Shown: piece after piece, positions 47,725 through 58,304 of the stretch
Layout: each line of letters opens with the position of its first letter
How positions within the stretch are numbered: the stretch's first letter is position 1
DNA from: an uncultured virus (IMG/VR IMGVR_UViG_3300025126_000012)
Lineage: Duplodnaviria; Heunggongvirae; Uroviricota; Caudoviricetes
Strand: one strand, 5' to 3'
IMG/VR virus record: IMGVR_UViG_3300025126_000012
DNA length: 64,000 bases
Notes under the pieces: generated by a model
Databases searched by the model: none
Seen by the model: only the letters and a program-made list of their open reading frames with translations
Told to the model about the DNA's origin: nothing
Made by a program: the position numbers and the translations under genes

Positions 47725-48001
47725 AGTGCGCGAACCGACCTCTACTGGTGTTTGCCCTATTCAAATCACCGATGGTAAATTCAGTGGCATTACGTTTGCT
47801 TATGGCAGAGTAGCAGTTGAGGAAATAGAAGATGCCGCCAAATTATCATTTGTATATGATGTGTTCGAAGGTGAAATTGATAAAAATTCAACAGAAGAAT
47901 TTGAAAAGTTGACAGGAGATATATTAAAAGATATTCTTATTGAACAATTGAATGCTAACGAAGTAATTTACACTGGTGGTACTGATGGAATTAAAAATTG
48001 A
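47708..48001 (+). CDS. Hypothetical protein in the gp40 position
   Basis: Lies between uvsX and gp41. Confidence 0.6.
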   Translation: MTKLYKVREPTSTGVCPIQITDGKFSGITFAYGRVAVEEIEDAAKLSFVYDVFEGEIDKNSTEEFEKLTGDILKDILIEQLNANEVIYTGGTDGIKN

Positions 48002-49364
48002 AAATATTGTATTGGAAAATTTGATTAATAATGATGATTATTTTAGGAAAGTATTTCCTCATTTAAAAGAGGAATATTTTAGTACAAAAATAGAAAAGAC
48101 ACTGTTCAAATTCATTACCGTATTTGCTGAAAAACATAATAAAGCACCTAATCAAAAGATTTTAGGATTATTATCAAAGGAATATTCTTCTTTTACTCAA
48201 GAAGAATATATTCAAGCAGAATTGTTTGTGAAGGAATTGAACGGCAAAGAAGAAAATGTAGACTGGCTCATCGGCAGGACAGAGAAGTTTTGTAAAGATA
48301 AAGCATTCTATAATGCTGTCATGACTACAATTCAAGCAATGGATGGGAAAGACTCAAAATTGTCAGTGGAAGCTATGCCATCCTTGATGCAAGATGCACT
48401 GGCGGTATCATTTGATAATAGTGTAGGGCATGACTTCTTTGATGATATGGAATCTCGTTTTGATTTTTATCATTTAAAAGAAGATAAGATTCCATTCAGA
48501 CTGTCGTATTTTAATAAAGTTACTAAGAATGGTATTCCTCGCAAGACACTAAACGCTGTTCTAGCAGGGGTAGGGGTAGGTAAATCACTTTTCCTGTGTG
48601 ATATGGCAGCAACATCATTAAGTCAAGGCTTCAATGTGTTGTATGTCACGCTGGAGATGGCGCAAGAAAAGATAGCAGAACGCATAGACTGCAATCTACT
48701 TGACATCGATGTTGATAATTTAGGTAGATTGAACAAAGATGATTTTATCGATGGAGTTACTGGCATTAAATCCAAGACTCGTGGACAACTAATAATTAAA
48801 GAATACCCTACTGGTGGTGCTCATGTTGGGCACTTTAGGGCATTATTGGAAGAACTGAAACTCAAAAAGAATTTTCTCCCAGATGTTATTTGTATTGATT
48901 ATATCAATATTTGTGCATCACAGAAATATAAGAGCAGCAATTACAATTCTTATTTTGCTATCAAAGCAATCGCAGAAGAACTAAGAGGATTGATGGTGGA
49001 ATATAACTGTGTTGGCTGGACGGCCACTCAACTTACCAGAACAGGATTCAATGATTCGGATTTCAGTATGACAGATACATCGGAATCGTTTGGTTTGCCG
49101 GCATCTTTAGATTTCTTCATAGGTATTATACGCACCGAAGAATTGGACAAAATGAATCAGCTGATGATTAAACAGTTGAAGAGTAGATACAATGACATAA
49201 ATTATTATAACAAATTCCTCATTGGTGTTGATATAAGGAAATTTAAATTATCTGATGTAGAAGAATCCCAACAACAAACAGTCTCCGACCAAGGCATTAC
49301 AGATGATGAGTTATTCGGCAAATCCAAGAAAACACATGACTTTGCCAGCATAAATTTCGACTAA
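47985..49364 (+). CDS. gp41: Replicative DNA helicase
   Basis: AGVGVGKSL, TLEM, KEYPT, IDY.NIC, TATQ, SESFGLP, KQLKSRY. Confidence 0.96.
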   Translation: MELKIENIVLENLINNDDYFRKVFPHLKEEYFSTKIEKTLFKFITVFAEKHNKAPNQKILGLLSKEYSSFTQEEYIQAELFVKELNGKEENVDWLIGRTEKFCKDKAFYNAVMTTIQAMDGKDSKLSVEAMPSLMQDALAVSFDNSVGHDFFDDMESRFDFYHLKEDKIPFRLSYFNKVTKNGIPRKTLNAVLAGVGVGKSLFLCDMAATSLSQGFNVLYVTLEMAQEKIAERIDCNLLDIDVDNLGRLNKDDFIDGVTGIKSKTRGQLIIKEYPTGGAHVGHFRALLEELKLKKNFLPDVICIDYINICASQKYKSSNYNSYFAIKAIAEELRGLMVEYNCVGWTATQLTRTGFNDSDFSMTDTSESFGLPASLDFFIGIIRTEELDKMNQLMIKQLKSRYNDINYYNKFLIGVDIRKFKLSDVEESQQQTVSDQGITDDELFGKSKKTHDFASINFD

Positions 49365-49474
49365 GTTGTTGATTCATTTGACAGTTTGACATTTAAAATA
49401 ATGTTGGTTATGATAATAAGATGGGGCATGATGTTAAATTTGATAGCTTATAGAGCAGAAAGTGAGGTGTAAAA

Positions 49475-50323
49475 ATGAAAATTCGTGTATATAGCGATAT
49501 TCATTTGTAGTTGGACTGGTACTTTAGTGATGATATACAATTTGATGCTAATAACAGTGAAGTGAAATGCTGGAAGCCACCTGTGCTTCCTGATGACAAA
49601 GACACAATTCTAATTCTTGCTGGGGATTTATGGATTGGCACAAGATTTATTGAATTCGCGGGGTATTCATGGATTACAGAGGTCTCAACACGTTTCAAGA
49701 ACGTCTTAATCGTATTAGGCAACCACGACTATTGGCCCGGAAACAACTCCCTGACTATCACGCGTGGTGGAGATACCTGCAATGCTATGTTGCAGGATTT
49801 AGGGTGTTACAATGTAAAAGTACTGGACTGCGATACATGGGAAGACGGTGAGTATTTGTTTGTCGGTTGCACTCTTTGGACTGATATGAATAATTGTAAT
49901 GAGTTATCCATGTATAATATGCCTATGTTCATGCGATATGACGGAAAGATTCAATATGATATTGGGAGTAGATTTACATCTGAAAAATGGGTACAAACAC
50001 ATTCTAAACACCGAGCGTACATCAAACATGTAATTGAACAAAATCGAGACAAGAAAATTATTGTTATTACTCATCACCTCCCTTTGTTGACTTTGAGTGA
50101 CCCAAAATTTAAAGGTACTCAAGGCAATGATTATTTTATGAGCGATTTGAGTGAGTTAATCCTTGGCAATGAGCATATTGTAATGTGGTGCGCCGGTCAT
50201 ACACATTACGGGTCAGATACATTTTTTGAAAAAACTAGAATAATTATAAATCCGTGTGGATATACATCAGAAAAGTTAGAACAATCAGGATTAGTTGTAC
50301 ACGAAACATTGAAAGTGAGGTAA
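49475..50323 (+). pseudogene. Metallophosphoesterase with an in-frame TAG at codon 12 (49508-49510)
   Basis: GAGGT RBS, MKIRVYSDIHL*LDW..., then LAGDL, GNHD, THH.P, GHTH in the same frame. Confidence 0.75.
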
Positions 50324-50330
50324 CTGAACC

Positions 50331-50849
50331 GTGAAAAGCATAATTTATCTAGATATGGATGGTGTTTTGGCCGATTTTCGAGGATGGGCAATAGAAAATT
50401 TCGGTGAAGAGTGGAAAACAGAAATTGAAAAGCCGAATTGGGGGGCTATAAGCAACACGTCGAATCTATTCGCCAAATTAAAACCAATGGCAGACGCGTT
50501 AGAATTATACAACAATTGTGTAGACATCATCGGCGACAAAAACAGAGTGCAAATTCTTACAGCATTGCCACAAAGAATGAATATGGAATCTGCTGCAAAA
50601 GATAAGATAGAATGGGCTCACACTCACATTAGTCCTGACATTAGAGTACACTTTGGTCCTTACGCCCAAGACAAACAATACCACAAGCGACACAAATTTG
50701 ATGTGCTAATAGACGATATTGAATTGAATATTCAGCAATGGGAATCAGTCGGAGGTTATGGTATTGTTCATGAAAATTCAAAAAAGTCGACAGAAGAACT
50801 AAATTCGTTTATTATGGTTATAACAAATCAAGAAATGGGACAATTATGA
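50331..50849 (+). CDS. HAD-family 5'(3')-nucleotidase
   Basis: YLDMDGVLADF, ILTA, K..W, LIDD. Confidence 0.88.
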   Translation: MKSIIYLDMDGVLADFRGWAIENFGEEWKTEIEKPNWGAISNTSNLFAKLKPMADALELYNNCVDIIGDKNRVQILTALPQRMNMESAAKDKIEWAHTHISPDIRVHFGPYAQDKQYHKRHKFDVLIDDIELNIQQWESVGGYGIVHENSKKSTEELNSFIMVITNQEMGQL

Positions 50850-51394
50850 GTGAGGAACTTGGCATTTTAGGTAGAAAACATATTATGATTGACATCGAGA
50901 CATTAAGTTCTCGCCAAAATGCAATCATAATTCAAATCGGCGCGTGTTCTTTTACATTTGAAGACGGTATCGGCGAATCATTCCTTCACAATGTTGACAT
51001 AGAATCCTGTTTAAATGCTGGTATGCATTTTGCAAAAGATACATACGAATGGTGGATGACACAAGATGAGACAGTATTTAAGTCATGTTTAAATGATGCA
51101 AAACCCATCAGCGAGGTTCTGCATTATTTGAATACATTCATTGGTAAAGATAAAAAAACATTAGTATGGGCGCAGGGGAGTGTGTTCGACCTAGGAATTT
51201 TATCAAGTGCTTATACATTGTGTGGCATAAACAAAAGTTGGAAATATTTTCAAGAAATGGATTCTAGAACGGTATTTACATTATTGAATGTGAGGAATGA
51301 CTTGGAACGAAAGGGAGCGGTTGGTCATCATAATGCATTAAATGATGCAATTGCGCAGGCTGAAACACTTATAAAAGTTTTTAAGGAAAATTGA
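50846..51394 (+). CDS. DEDDh 3'-5' exonuclease (DexA-like)
   Basis: MIDIETL, W..G..FD, D.RT, HNAL.DA. Confidence 0.87.
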   Translation: MSEELGILGRKHIMIDIETLSSRQNAIIIQIGACSFTFEDGIGESFLHNVDIESCLNAGMHFAKDTYEWWMTQDETVFKSCLNDAKPISEVLHYLNTFIGKDKKTLVWAQGSVFDLGILSSAYTLCGINKSWKYFQEMDSRTVFTLLNVRNDLERKGAVGHHNALNDAIAQAETLIKVFKEN

Positions 51395-51693
51395 TGACTA
51401 AAATTCATGGCAGATATACAAAATTTGATACTGCAACATTAGATGATTTTATTGAGTCTAATATAGATGCAGCTCAAGTAAAAACAGAATGGGTAGGTAT
51501 GCCAGAATTCAATCAGCATAATATCGATTCTTTTGCTACTATTGTTTTTAGAGTAGTGGATGAAGAACATCTAAAAAAACTATCAGAATTGGTTGGTCAG
51601 CCATTGACACATAAAACAAAAACGGTATGGTATCCTAAACAGGGAGTTTTACCAGAACGTAGGGCATTTTATGTAGATGAGGATGATGTATGA
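51391..51693 (+). CDS. Hypothetical protein coupled to the glycosyltransferase
   Basis: EW.GMPEF..., Q.LT.KTK..WYP; ATGA overlap with the next gene. Confidence 0.65.
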   Translation: MMTKIHGRYTKFDTATLDDFIESNIDAAQVKTEWVGMPEFNQHNIDSFATIVFRVVDEEHLKKLSELVGQPLTHKTKTVWYPKQGVLPERRAFYVDEDDV

Positions 51694-52643
51694 TTGACGA
51701 ACACATGCCACAATACCCACTCTACATTGTGTCAAAAGGAAGAGCTGATAGTCGATTTACTTCCAAAACGCTAGAAGCAATGCATGTGCCATATTATATT
51801 GTCGTAGAAAAACAAGAAGTAGATATATATGAGGCAGCAATAAATCCTAAATATGGTACAGTTTTAGAACTCGACAAGAAATTTCAAGATGAATATGACA
51901 CATTTGATGATTTAGGATACACTAAGAGTAAGGGGCCAGGTCCTGCTAGAAATTTTGTATGGGAACATGCAAAATCGAATGGATTTAAACGTCACTGGGT
52001 CATGGATGATAACATCAATGGATTTTATCGATTCAATAATAACTCTAGGATAGTGTGTCTGAGTGGAGCATTATTCCGGGCAATGGAAGATTTTAATGAT
52101 AGATATACTAATCTGCCTATGTGTGGGCCTAATTATTTTTCTTTTGCTGTTCCTTGTGGCAAAAAAAATCCACCGATTATTATGAATACTCGCATTTATT
52201 CCTGTAATCTGATTGAATGCGGTACCCCTTATAGATGGAGAGGTCGTTATAACGAAGATACTGATATTTCACTTAGGATGCTGAAAGACGGCTTGTGCAC
52301 TGTACAATTTAATGCATTCTTACAGGGCAAAATCGTAACACAGGCAGTGAAAGGTGGGAATACAGCAGAATTTTATGCAAAAGAAGGAACTACACCAAAA
52401 TCTCAAATGCTTTTTGATATGCACCCAGATGTTACTAGATTGGTCACGAAATATGATAGGCCTCATCATCATGTAGATTATAATGTATTTAAGAAAAATA
52501 GATTACAACGTATCCCTGATATTATTATACCAAATAAGATAAATGAGTATGGCATGGTTTGTGTGAAAAGAGAAGAGTTAAAAGAAGAGCGCAAAGACGA
52601 TTTTATAACAAAGATGGTGAAAAACCAAAAAAAGGAAATTTAA
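51690..52643 (+). CDS. GREB1-like / TET-associated GT-A glycosyltransferase
   Basis: YP.YI.SKGR, G.GPARN, HW.MDDNI, RIYSC.LI, WRGRYNED.D.SL..L. Confidence 0.75.
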   Translation: MIDEHMPQYPLYIVSKGRADSRFTSKTLEAMHVPYYIVVEKQEVDIYEAAINPKYGTVLELDKKFQDEYDTFDDLGYTKSKGPGPARNFVWEHAKSNGFKRHWVMDDNINGFYRFNNNSRIVCLSGALFRAMEDFNDRYTNLPMCGPNYFSFAVPCGKKNPPIIMNTRIYSCNLIECGTPYRWRGRYNEDTDISLRMLKDGLCTVQFNAFLQGKIVTQAVKGGNTAEFYAKEGTTPKSQMLFDMHPDVTRLVTKYDRPHHHVDYNVFKKNRLQRIPDIIIPNKINEYGMVCVKREELKEERKDDFITKMVKNQKKEI

Positions 52644-52644
52644 A

Positions 52645-52845
52645 ATGAAAAAAGAAATTATGAGTTCTACTGGCTATCACAGCGATATACAACACATTGG
52701 TCGACCGGATTGTGTGTTTGACCAAAGGGCTAAATATACGTTTAATGGCGAAGACTTTGCAAGAGCCATGAGTGAAAAGAAATTAACCAAGACATCAACA
52801 CATGTTGAAGTCGTTGGCCCTTTGACTATTGAAGAAAATATGTGA
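52645..52845 (+). CDS. Hypothetical protein
   Basis: AAGGA RBS. Confidence 0.55.
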   Translation: MKKEIMSSTGYHSDIQHIGRPDCVFDQRAKYTFNGEDFARAMSEKKLTKTSTHVEVVGPLTIEENM

Positions 52846-53335
52846 TTGAGACTCGCGATTGTGATAAATAGTGATGTAGTTAGGATTTGATGAACTTTAG
52901 GAGATTCAAATCCAGTGGATATTGCATCCATTGTCCTACATCACAATACTATTTATCATTTGTAAAATTCTCCTAAATGTCTTAGTATGAACAGTCTACC
53001 GCAGGCATAAGCAGATTATGCCCCAAATGATGCCTGGCTTTTTGCTAAAGAACATCATCACTGGTATAGACAAAAAGTGAAATAAAAAGCTCCGGAAATG
53101 CTATGGTTGCAACCGGGAATCAGCGACACTTTGTTAAAAGAGGGTGGTATTAGCTGTAGGCGCGAGATATGCCAGCATCGTAAAAAGTCTTCACACTCGC
53201 AGACTTTACCATTTGACACATGGTTGAATCTTTTAGACCATCACTCCGACATTCGACGGAAAAATGTGGTTAGGTTCTGCTAGCCTAACCATGTCCTCTA
53301 CTCTCTGGAAACAATTAATTAATCTTTAGATTAGA

Positions 53336-53563
53336 TTAATCAATTAAAGAAGGTAAAGAATTAATCAATTAAAGAAGGTAAAGAATTAATTAATTAAAGA
53401 AGGTAAAGAATTAATCAATTAAAGAAGGTAAAGAATTAATTAATTAAAGAAGGTAAAGAATTAATCAATTAAAGAAGGTAAAGATTAATCAATTAAAGAA
53501 GGTAAAGAATTAATTAATCCTATCTATTAAAGAAGGTAAAGATTAATCTATTAAAGAAGGTAA
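53336..53563. repeat. Tandem ~25-bp repeat TTAAT(C/T)AATTAAAGAAGGTAAAGAA, about 9 copies
   Basis: Read directly; the last two copies are degenerate. Confidence 0.95.
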
Positions 53564-53591
53564 TTATTAATTACTTTGAAATGGAGTCCAA

Positions 53592-53789
53592 ATGAAACTT
53601 GAATTAGATAAATCCTATAAAACAAGAAATAACAATATCGTAAGAAGAATACTTGCTGTAGATAGAAATAATGAAGCATTTCCTGTTGTTGCTGAACTTA
53701 TGAGCGGTACTATTTTTGTGTATACAGCAGAAGGTAATTATACTTTACAGCATGAACATCCTTTTGATATTGTAGCTGAATATCAGTAA
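53592..53789 (+). CDS. Hypothetical protein
   Basis: GGAG RBS; YKTR....FPVVA....DIVAE. Confidence 0.65.
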   Translation: MKLELDKSYKTRNNNIVRRILAVDRNNEAFPVVAELMSGTIFVYTAEGNYTLQHEHPFDIVAEYQ

Positions 53790-53815
53790 AATGAAGAACT
53801 CTATTGTGTTGAATT

Positions 53816-54001
53816 ATGCCTATTAACGACTTCATTTGTATACAGTGTGGCTTTGAAATAAAAGATGTTCTTCACAAAATGTCTGAAATTCCAGTCAGAT
53901 GTCCTAATTGCGATAAAGACGGTTTGAAACGAATACTATCAACTTCTGGTATCATTTTTAAGGGTACTGGATTCTACCAGACAGATTACAAAAACAAATA
54001 A
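53816..54001 (+). CDS. FmdB-family zinc-ribbon protein
   Basis: C..CG, CP.C, FKG.GFY.TDY. Confidence 0.85.
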   Translation: MPINDFICIQCGFEIKDVLHKMSEIPVRCPNCDKDGLKRILSTSGIIFKGTGFYQTDYKNK

Positions 54002-54099
54002 CGATGGTTGTAAGTGATTGATTTATCATTACATTTGACAATTAAATGTATCAATATTATCATAGTAATATGGTTGATATGGTGAGAAATAATTAAATC

Positions 54100-54654
54100 A
54101 TGAGTTATAGAGACTTAATTCAAACAAAAACTGAAGAGATTCAAGAAAAGCTATTAGCTCTTGGTTTTGCAAAGATTCATACTCCATTTTCTATATGTAA
54201 ATTGCCAAAAGGAGTTGCTGGCAGGGCGTGGGGGTACGATAGATTCGAGATAAGCATAGATTATCTCGAAAAACATACCGACCGCATTTTATCTCGTACT
54301 GTTCCTCATGAAATTGCACACATGTACACAGCGAAGTACTATCCTCAAGCAAATGGTAAAGGTGGACATGGTAGAGAGTGGAAAAAATTCATGGAAGCAC
54401 TTGGATGCGAACAGAACAGATACCACGACATGAAATTGACAGTTGGTGCAATAAACGAGCCAACCAAGATTATTAAGCAAGATAAAGAATTTGTCGGTAT
54501 CTATGATGTTCTTTGGAACAAAGACTCACAATGCTATAATGGATTCATCAATAAATCAATTGTTGCAACTGATATAAGTTACAATAAAGTAAAGAAAATC
54601 ATGCAAGAATCTTTCGGTTGCAAGATGTTCAATGTTGTAATCCCATCATTTTAA
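54100..54654 (+). CDS. SprT-like zinc metalloprotease
   Basis: AG.A, PHEIAH, HG.EWK..M. Confidence 0.87.
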   Translation: MSYRDLIQTKTEEIQEKLLALGFAKIHTPFSICKLPKGVAGRAWGYDRFEISIDYLEKHTDRILSRTVPHEIAHMYTAKYYPQANGKGGHGREWKKFMEALGCEQNRYHDMKLTVGAINEPTKIIKQDKEFVGIYDVLWNKDSQCYNGFINKSIVATDISYNKVKKIMQESFGCKMFNVVIPSF

Positions 54655-54672
54655 TGAACAAAGGAGAATGGA

Positions 54673-55041
54673 ATGAACACTGAATTTGAAAAAGGCCAAA
54701 TTGTATTCCAAGCATGTTCGAATTTTGCAACAGTGGGAGAATCGGGGTTGAATGGTACCAAATTCAAGCCGGCAGTGAATATCGGGATTGTGATTGAACG
54801 CAAACTAAATTCCTGCAATGATGAACGTGTATTTTTTGTTGACCGTGGAGGTAATGATTTTGTTTTCGGCCGGGTGTATTACTTCGCATGGCGCGCCGAC
54901 GGCATATTCGCAACAGCTGATGAAGCCTTTGAGGCACTGCAAAGCGACGTAATCTGCCCAGACGTATACTCTGATGCAGATAAGAAATCATTCGATGATT
55001 TTCGCGGCGGTAAAATGCGCATTGCACCTGATACTAAATGA
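54673..55041 (+). CDS. Hypothetical protein
   Basis: AAGGAG RBS. Confidence 0.65.
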   Translation: MNTEFEKGQIVFQACSNFATVGESGLNGTKFKPAVNIGIVIERKLNSCNDERVFFVDRGGNDFVFGRVYYFAWRADGIFATADEAFEALQSDVICPDVYSDADKKSFDDFRGGKMRIAPDTK

Positions 55042-55274
55042 TGATTGACGAAACCGTGATGTTGCACCCGCTGCGGCAGACAAGGAGATTAGAAATGAGC
55101 GAGCATAAAGCACTATCTGCCTTCGAACAGGCGGCGATACAAGTAGAAGTTATCGAGTTGAAACAGCGGCTGAAAATGGCAACTAAAACGATAAAATCCC
55201 TAAACAAGCAAATAACAAGACTTGAGGATGTTTTGTTTTCCTCTATGACCGCCGGCAATGGCGACCGCAAATAG
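55038..55274 (+). CDS. Coiled-coil hypothetical protein
   Basis: ORF; RBS favours the internal MSEHK start. Confidence 0.5.
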   Translation: MMIDETVMLHPLRQTRRLEMSEHKALSAFEQAAIQVEVIELKQRLKMATKTIKSLNKQITRLEDVLFSSMTAGNGDRK

Positions 55275-55579
55275 CTGGAGAACCATATCACGAAGCGTGT
55301 CATTCCGTGATAAGGTCAACAAAACAATGTTTTTAAACATTGATATAATCTTATCATGAAGGATAATCTCAAAATGTAGACTATTACACCTCATAACCCA
55401 TTCATTTTAAATAAGATTTGACATTTAATTGCAAATGATTGATAATACATTATCGAATAAGGGAGTAGATGATGAAAAACTGGATTGATGCTATCGGATG
55501 CACATTGTTTTTTACTGGGATTTTTTCCCTTTTTGTTGAAGCATGGTTTCGTTTACAAGGGCTTTGAAAGGAGAATAGT

Positions 55580-55736
55580 CATGAATGGTTTTTTAATTTT
55601 TATTGATGGACAATATTTTGACGAAGTGTTTTTCCCGAAGAGTATGACAGTAAAGGAAGCTCGAGCTTCCTTGCTTGTTGAAGGATATCCTTCGAACATT
55701 GAGATTGAATCGTTTCGTACTTCGGTAGAGGACTAA
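55580..55736 (+). CDS. Small hypothetical protein (MNGFLIF...)
   Basis: AAGGAG RBS before the internal ATG of track ORF 55485. Confidence 0.5.
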
Positions 55737-55896
55737 TATGGCTAATGTTAAACAAGGTAACCTTACAAAATCGCCTCAATGGTGGAAACACCTAAAAGAT
55801 TTTAAACGGGTGTTTTGGAAAACTGAACGTCTTGCCCAAAAGAAGAACATCCGAGAACAGATACGAGAATCATAGATAATTTGGTGAATTTTAATA

Positions 55897-57009
55897 ATGA
55901 CAAATTTGAAAAAAATATCTGATATTGTGCTGAATAAACGATGGGCAGAGTTCACTGAACTCGGCATTGACATGAAGCATTATGAAGATTTGGGTATGGT
56001 TCTTTTGAACTATAATCAAATCGAAGCAATCAAGAATCATCCAATAGTAAATCTTTGCCGAGGATTGCTAATTGGATATGACGGTTCTATTATTCGCAAT
56101 GGCATGCCGCGTTTTTACAATTTGGGTGAGAATGGGGTCGACACATTCGACTTTCAAAATTCAATCACATTTGAGAAAGCCGACGGCTCACTCATGTTTA
56201 CGTACTTTTGCCTCCCAACAGGGAAGTGGGAAATCGGTACTCGCGGAACTGCTTTTGCAGAAGGACCGAAAGAATTCTTCGGGACATTCCGAGATTTTAT
56301 GCTATCAGCTATGGGCCGAACAGAAGCAGAATTTCAAGAAGACTGCACGGAATTGCTGAACAAGGAATACACATACTTGTTCGAGTGTATCGGGAAAGAT
56401 AATCGCATAGTAACTCCGTATGGAGAAAATATGCTGGTATTTCTATCTAGTGTAGAAAATGCAACCGGCAATGAATATCTTATTGGTAATCAGGAAGTAC
56501 ATAACGCTTTGCTTAATTGGAATGTCCGACCTGTTGAGGTGTTTTCATTTAATACTCAAGATGATTGTCTCAAAGTGCTTGGTGAATTGACTGGACTCAA
56601 GGAAGGGTTTGTTGTATATAACACAAAAACAAAAACACGTGTTAAAATAAAGTCGCCTACATATCTTGCAATCCATCGCCTCCGTGGCAATGGTTTGACT
56701 TTGAATTCAGTATGTGAACTTATCGTCACGCGCGAAGTGGATGAATACTTAGCTACGTTTCCTGAAGATACACATAAGTTCAATGAAGCACAATCAATGT
56801 ATGCAGTTATACAAAATGAACTCACAGATAATTATTGTAAATTCAAGACCATTGAATCACAAAAGGACTTTGCTATTGCGATTAAGGACTTGCCTTTAAG
56901 TTGCGTAATGTTTAAGGCCCGCAGCGCAAATGTTAATGACGTGTTACATGAATTCAATAAGTTTCCAGTTAACAAAAGAGCAGAATGGCTAAAGACTAGA
57001 TTGACTTAG
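55897..57009 (+). CDS. rnlA: RNA ligase 1
   Basis: CRG, RFYN.GE, EKADGSL, TY.FE, EGFVV, KIKS..Y. Confidence 0.9.
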   Translation: MTNLKKISDIVLNKRWAEFTELGIDMKHYEDLGMVLLNYNQIEAIKNHPIVNLCRGLLIGYDGSIIRNGMPRFYNLGENGVDTFDFQNSITFEKADGSLMFTYFCLPTGKWEIGTRGTAFAEGPKEFFGTFRDFMLSAMGRTEAEFQEDCTELLNKEYTYLFECIGKDNRIVTPYGENMLVFLSSVENATGNEYLIGNQEVHNALLNWNVRPVEVFSFNTQDDCLKVLGELTGLKEGFVVYNTKTKTRVKIKSPTYLAIHRLRGNGLTLNSVCELIVTREVDEYLATFPEDTHKFNEAQSMYAVIQNELTDNYCKFKTIESQKDFAIAIKDLPLSCVMFKARSANVNDVLHEFNKFPVNKRAEWLKTRLT

Positions 57010-57051
57010 TCTTGCCGTTGTTCTATGCCGTCATCACAAGGAGGTCGACCA

Positions 57052-57312
57052 ATGAAAAATCGCGAGGGAGTTGAGTATTCTTTTCAAAAAATTAACAATG
57101 ATGAGTTTAAAATAGTAGGTGACTTGAAACACTGGAGATATGGTGGTAAAGACGGGCAGGCTGAAATTGACACAAATGATTTGGGATTTGTGGACCCATC
57201 TGGAGGTCCATTCATTTCAGTCGGTTCTTTGTTGAATGGGCGTAAAGTCACGAATATTCGGATCGATGCCGACAGTTCATTCATTTTTGAACTTCAGCCC
57301 TATGCAGCATAA
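57052..57312 (+). CDS. Hypothetical protein
   Basis: AAGGAGG RBS; VDPSGGPFI. Confidence 0.65.
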   Translation: MKNREGVEYSFQKINNDEFKIVGDLKHWRYGGKDGQAEIDTNDLGFVDPSGGPFISVGSLLNGRKVTNIRIDADSSFIFELQPYAA

Positions 57313-57375
57313 GTCATTGGTTTGTATAGACATTTGACATTTTATCAGCATGTGTTTTAATGATTATATCGATAA

Positions 57376-58290
57376 ATGTGGTACGAGGAGAAATACGTGA
57401 AAAGGGCTATTATTGCAATTGGTATTTCGGGGTCGGGCAAAACCACCGAAATTGCAAAGCGGGAATATGATTACTTCGTTAGAATTGAACGTGATATTAT
57501 GCGCAAGCGCCTGCTTGGATTTGATGATGATAATTCTAGCGATAACTTCTGGTCCCTCTGGAAATTCACAAAAGAAAATGAAAACAAAGTCACTGAAATG
57601 GTGAATGAAATAATTGATGACTGCGCAAAGATGAAAGCAAACATCATTATTGGTGATACGAATTTGAATATTAAATATCGGTCACTGCTGCATACAAAAC
57701 TTGAAGAACTTGGATATACTGTTGAGTTCAAAGTCTTCCATATTGATGTGATGGAAGCAATTAAGCGTGACGAGCGCCGCCGCGATACTGTCGGTCATCA
57801 GGTTATTTGGAAGCAGTATGAACAATTTACTAAAGAATTTCCAAGTACTCGGCAGTATGTTGCAGACGTCACAAAACCAAGGGCTATCTTGGTTGATGTA
57901 GATGGAACATTGGCTCACATGAATGGTAAGCGCGGGGCGTTTGAATGGGATAAAGTCGGGCTGGATGATTGTGATGAACAAGTAAAGTTTTTGGTAAATA
58001 ACATGCCAGTGGAAGATACTGTTATAATTCTTTCTGGGAGAGATGGCATCTGTAGACCAGAAACAGAAAAGTGGCTCGATTATAATGACATTTTTTTTGA
58101 TACGTTACTCATGCGAGCAACAGGTGATATGAGAAAAGATACAGTTGTGAAAGAGGAAATTTTCTGGAGAGATATTGCTCCGAATTACAATTGTCAATTC
58201 GTTATCGATGATAGGCCTAGCGTGTGTGATAACTGGAGAGCAATGGGGCTTAAAGTTTTTCAGGTTGGCAATCCTAACATCAGATTTTGA
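57376..58290 (+). CDS. pseT: Polynucleotide 5'-kinase / 3'-phosphatase
   Basis: G.SGSGKTT, RD..R, DVDGTLA, SGR, DDR. Confidence 0.93.
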   Translation: MWYEEKYVKRAIIAIGISGSGKTTEIAKREYDYFVRIERDIMRKRLLGFDDDNSSDNFWSLWKFTKENENKVTEMVNEIIDDCAKMKANIIIGDTNLNIKYRSLLHTKLEELGYTVEFKVFHIDVMEAIKRDERRRDTVGHQVIWKQYEQFTKEFPSTRQYVADVTKPRAILVDVDGTLAHMNGKRGAFEWDKVGLDDCDEQVKFLVNNMPVEDTVIILSGRDGICRPETEKWLDYNDIFFDTLLMRATGDMRKDTVVKEEIFWRDIAPNYNCQFVIDDRPSVCDNWRAMGLKVFQVGNPNIRF

Positions 58291-58304
58291 CAGGAGATTA
58301 AATA

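Noticed and set aside
53336..53563. CRISPR array
   Set aside because: Repeats are head-to-tail with no unique spacers, and there is no cas operon in the window
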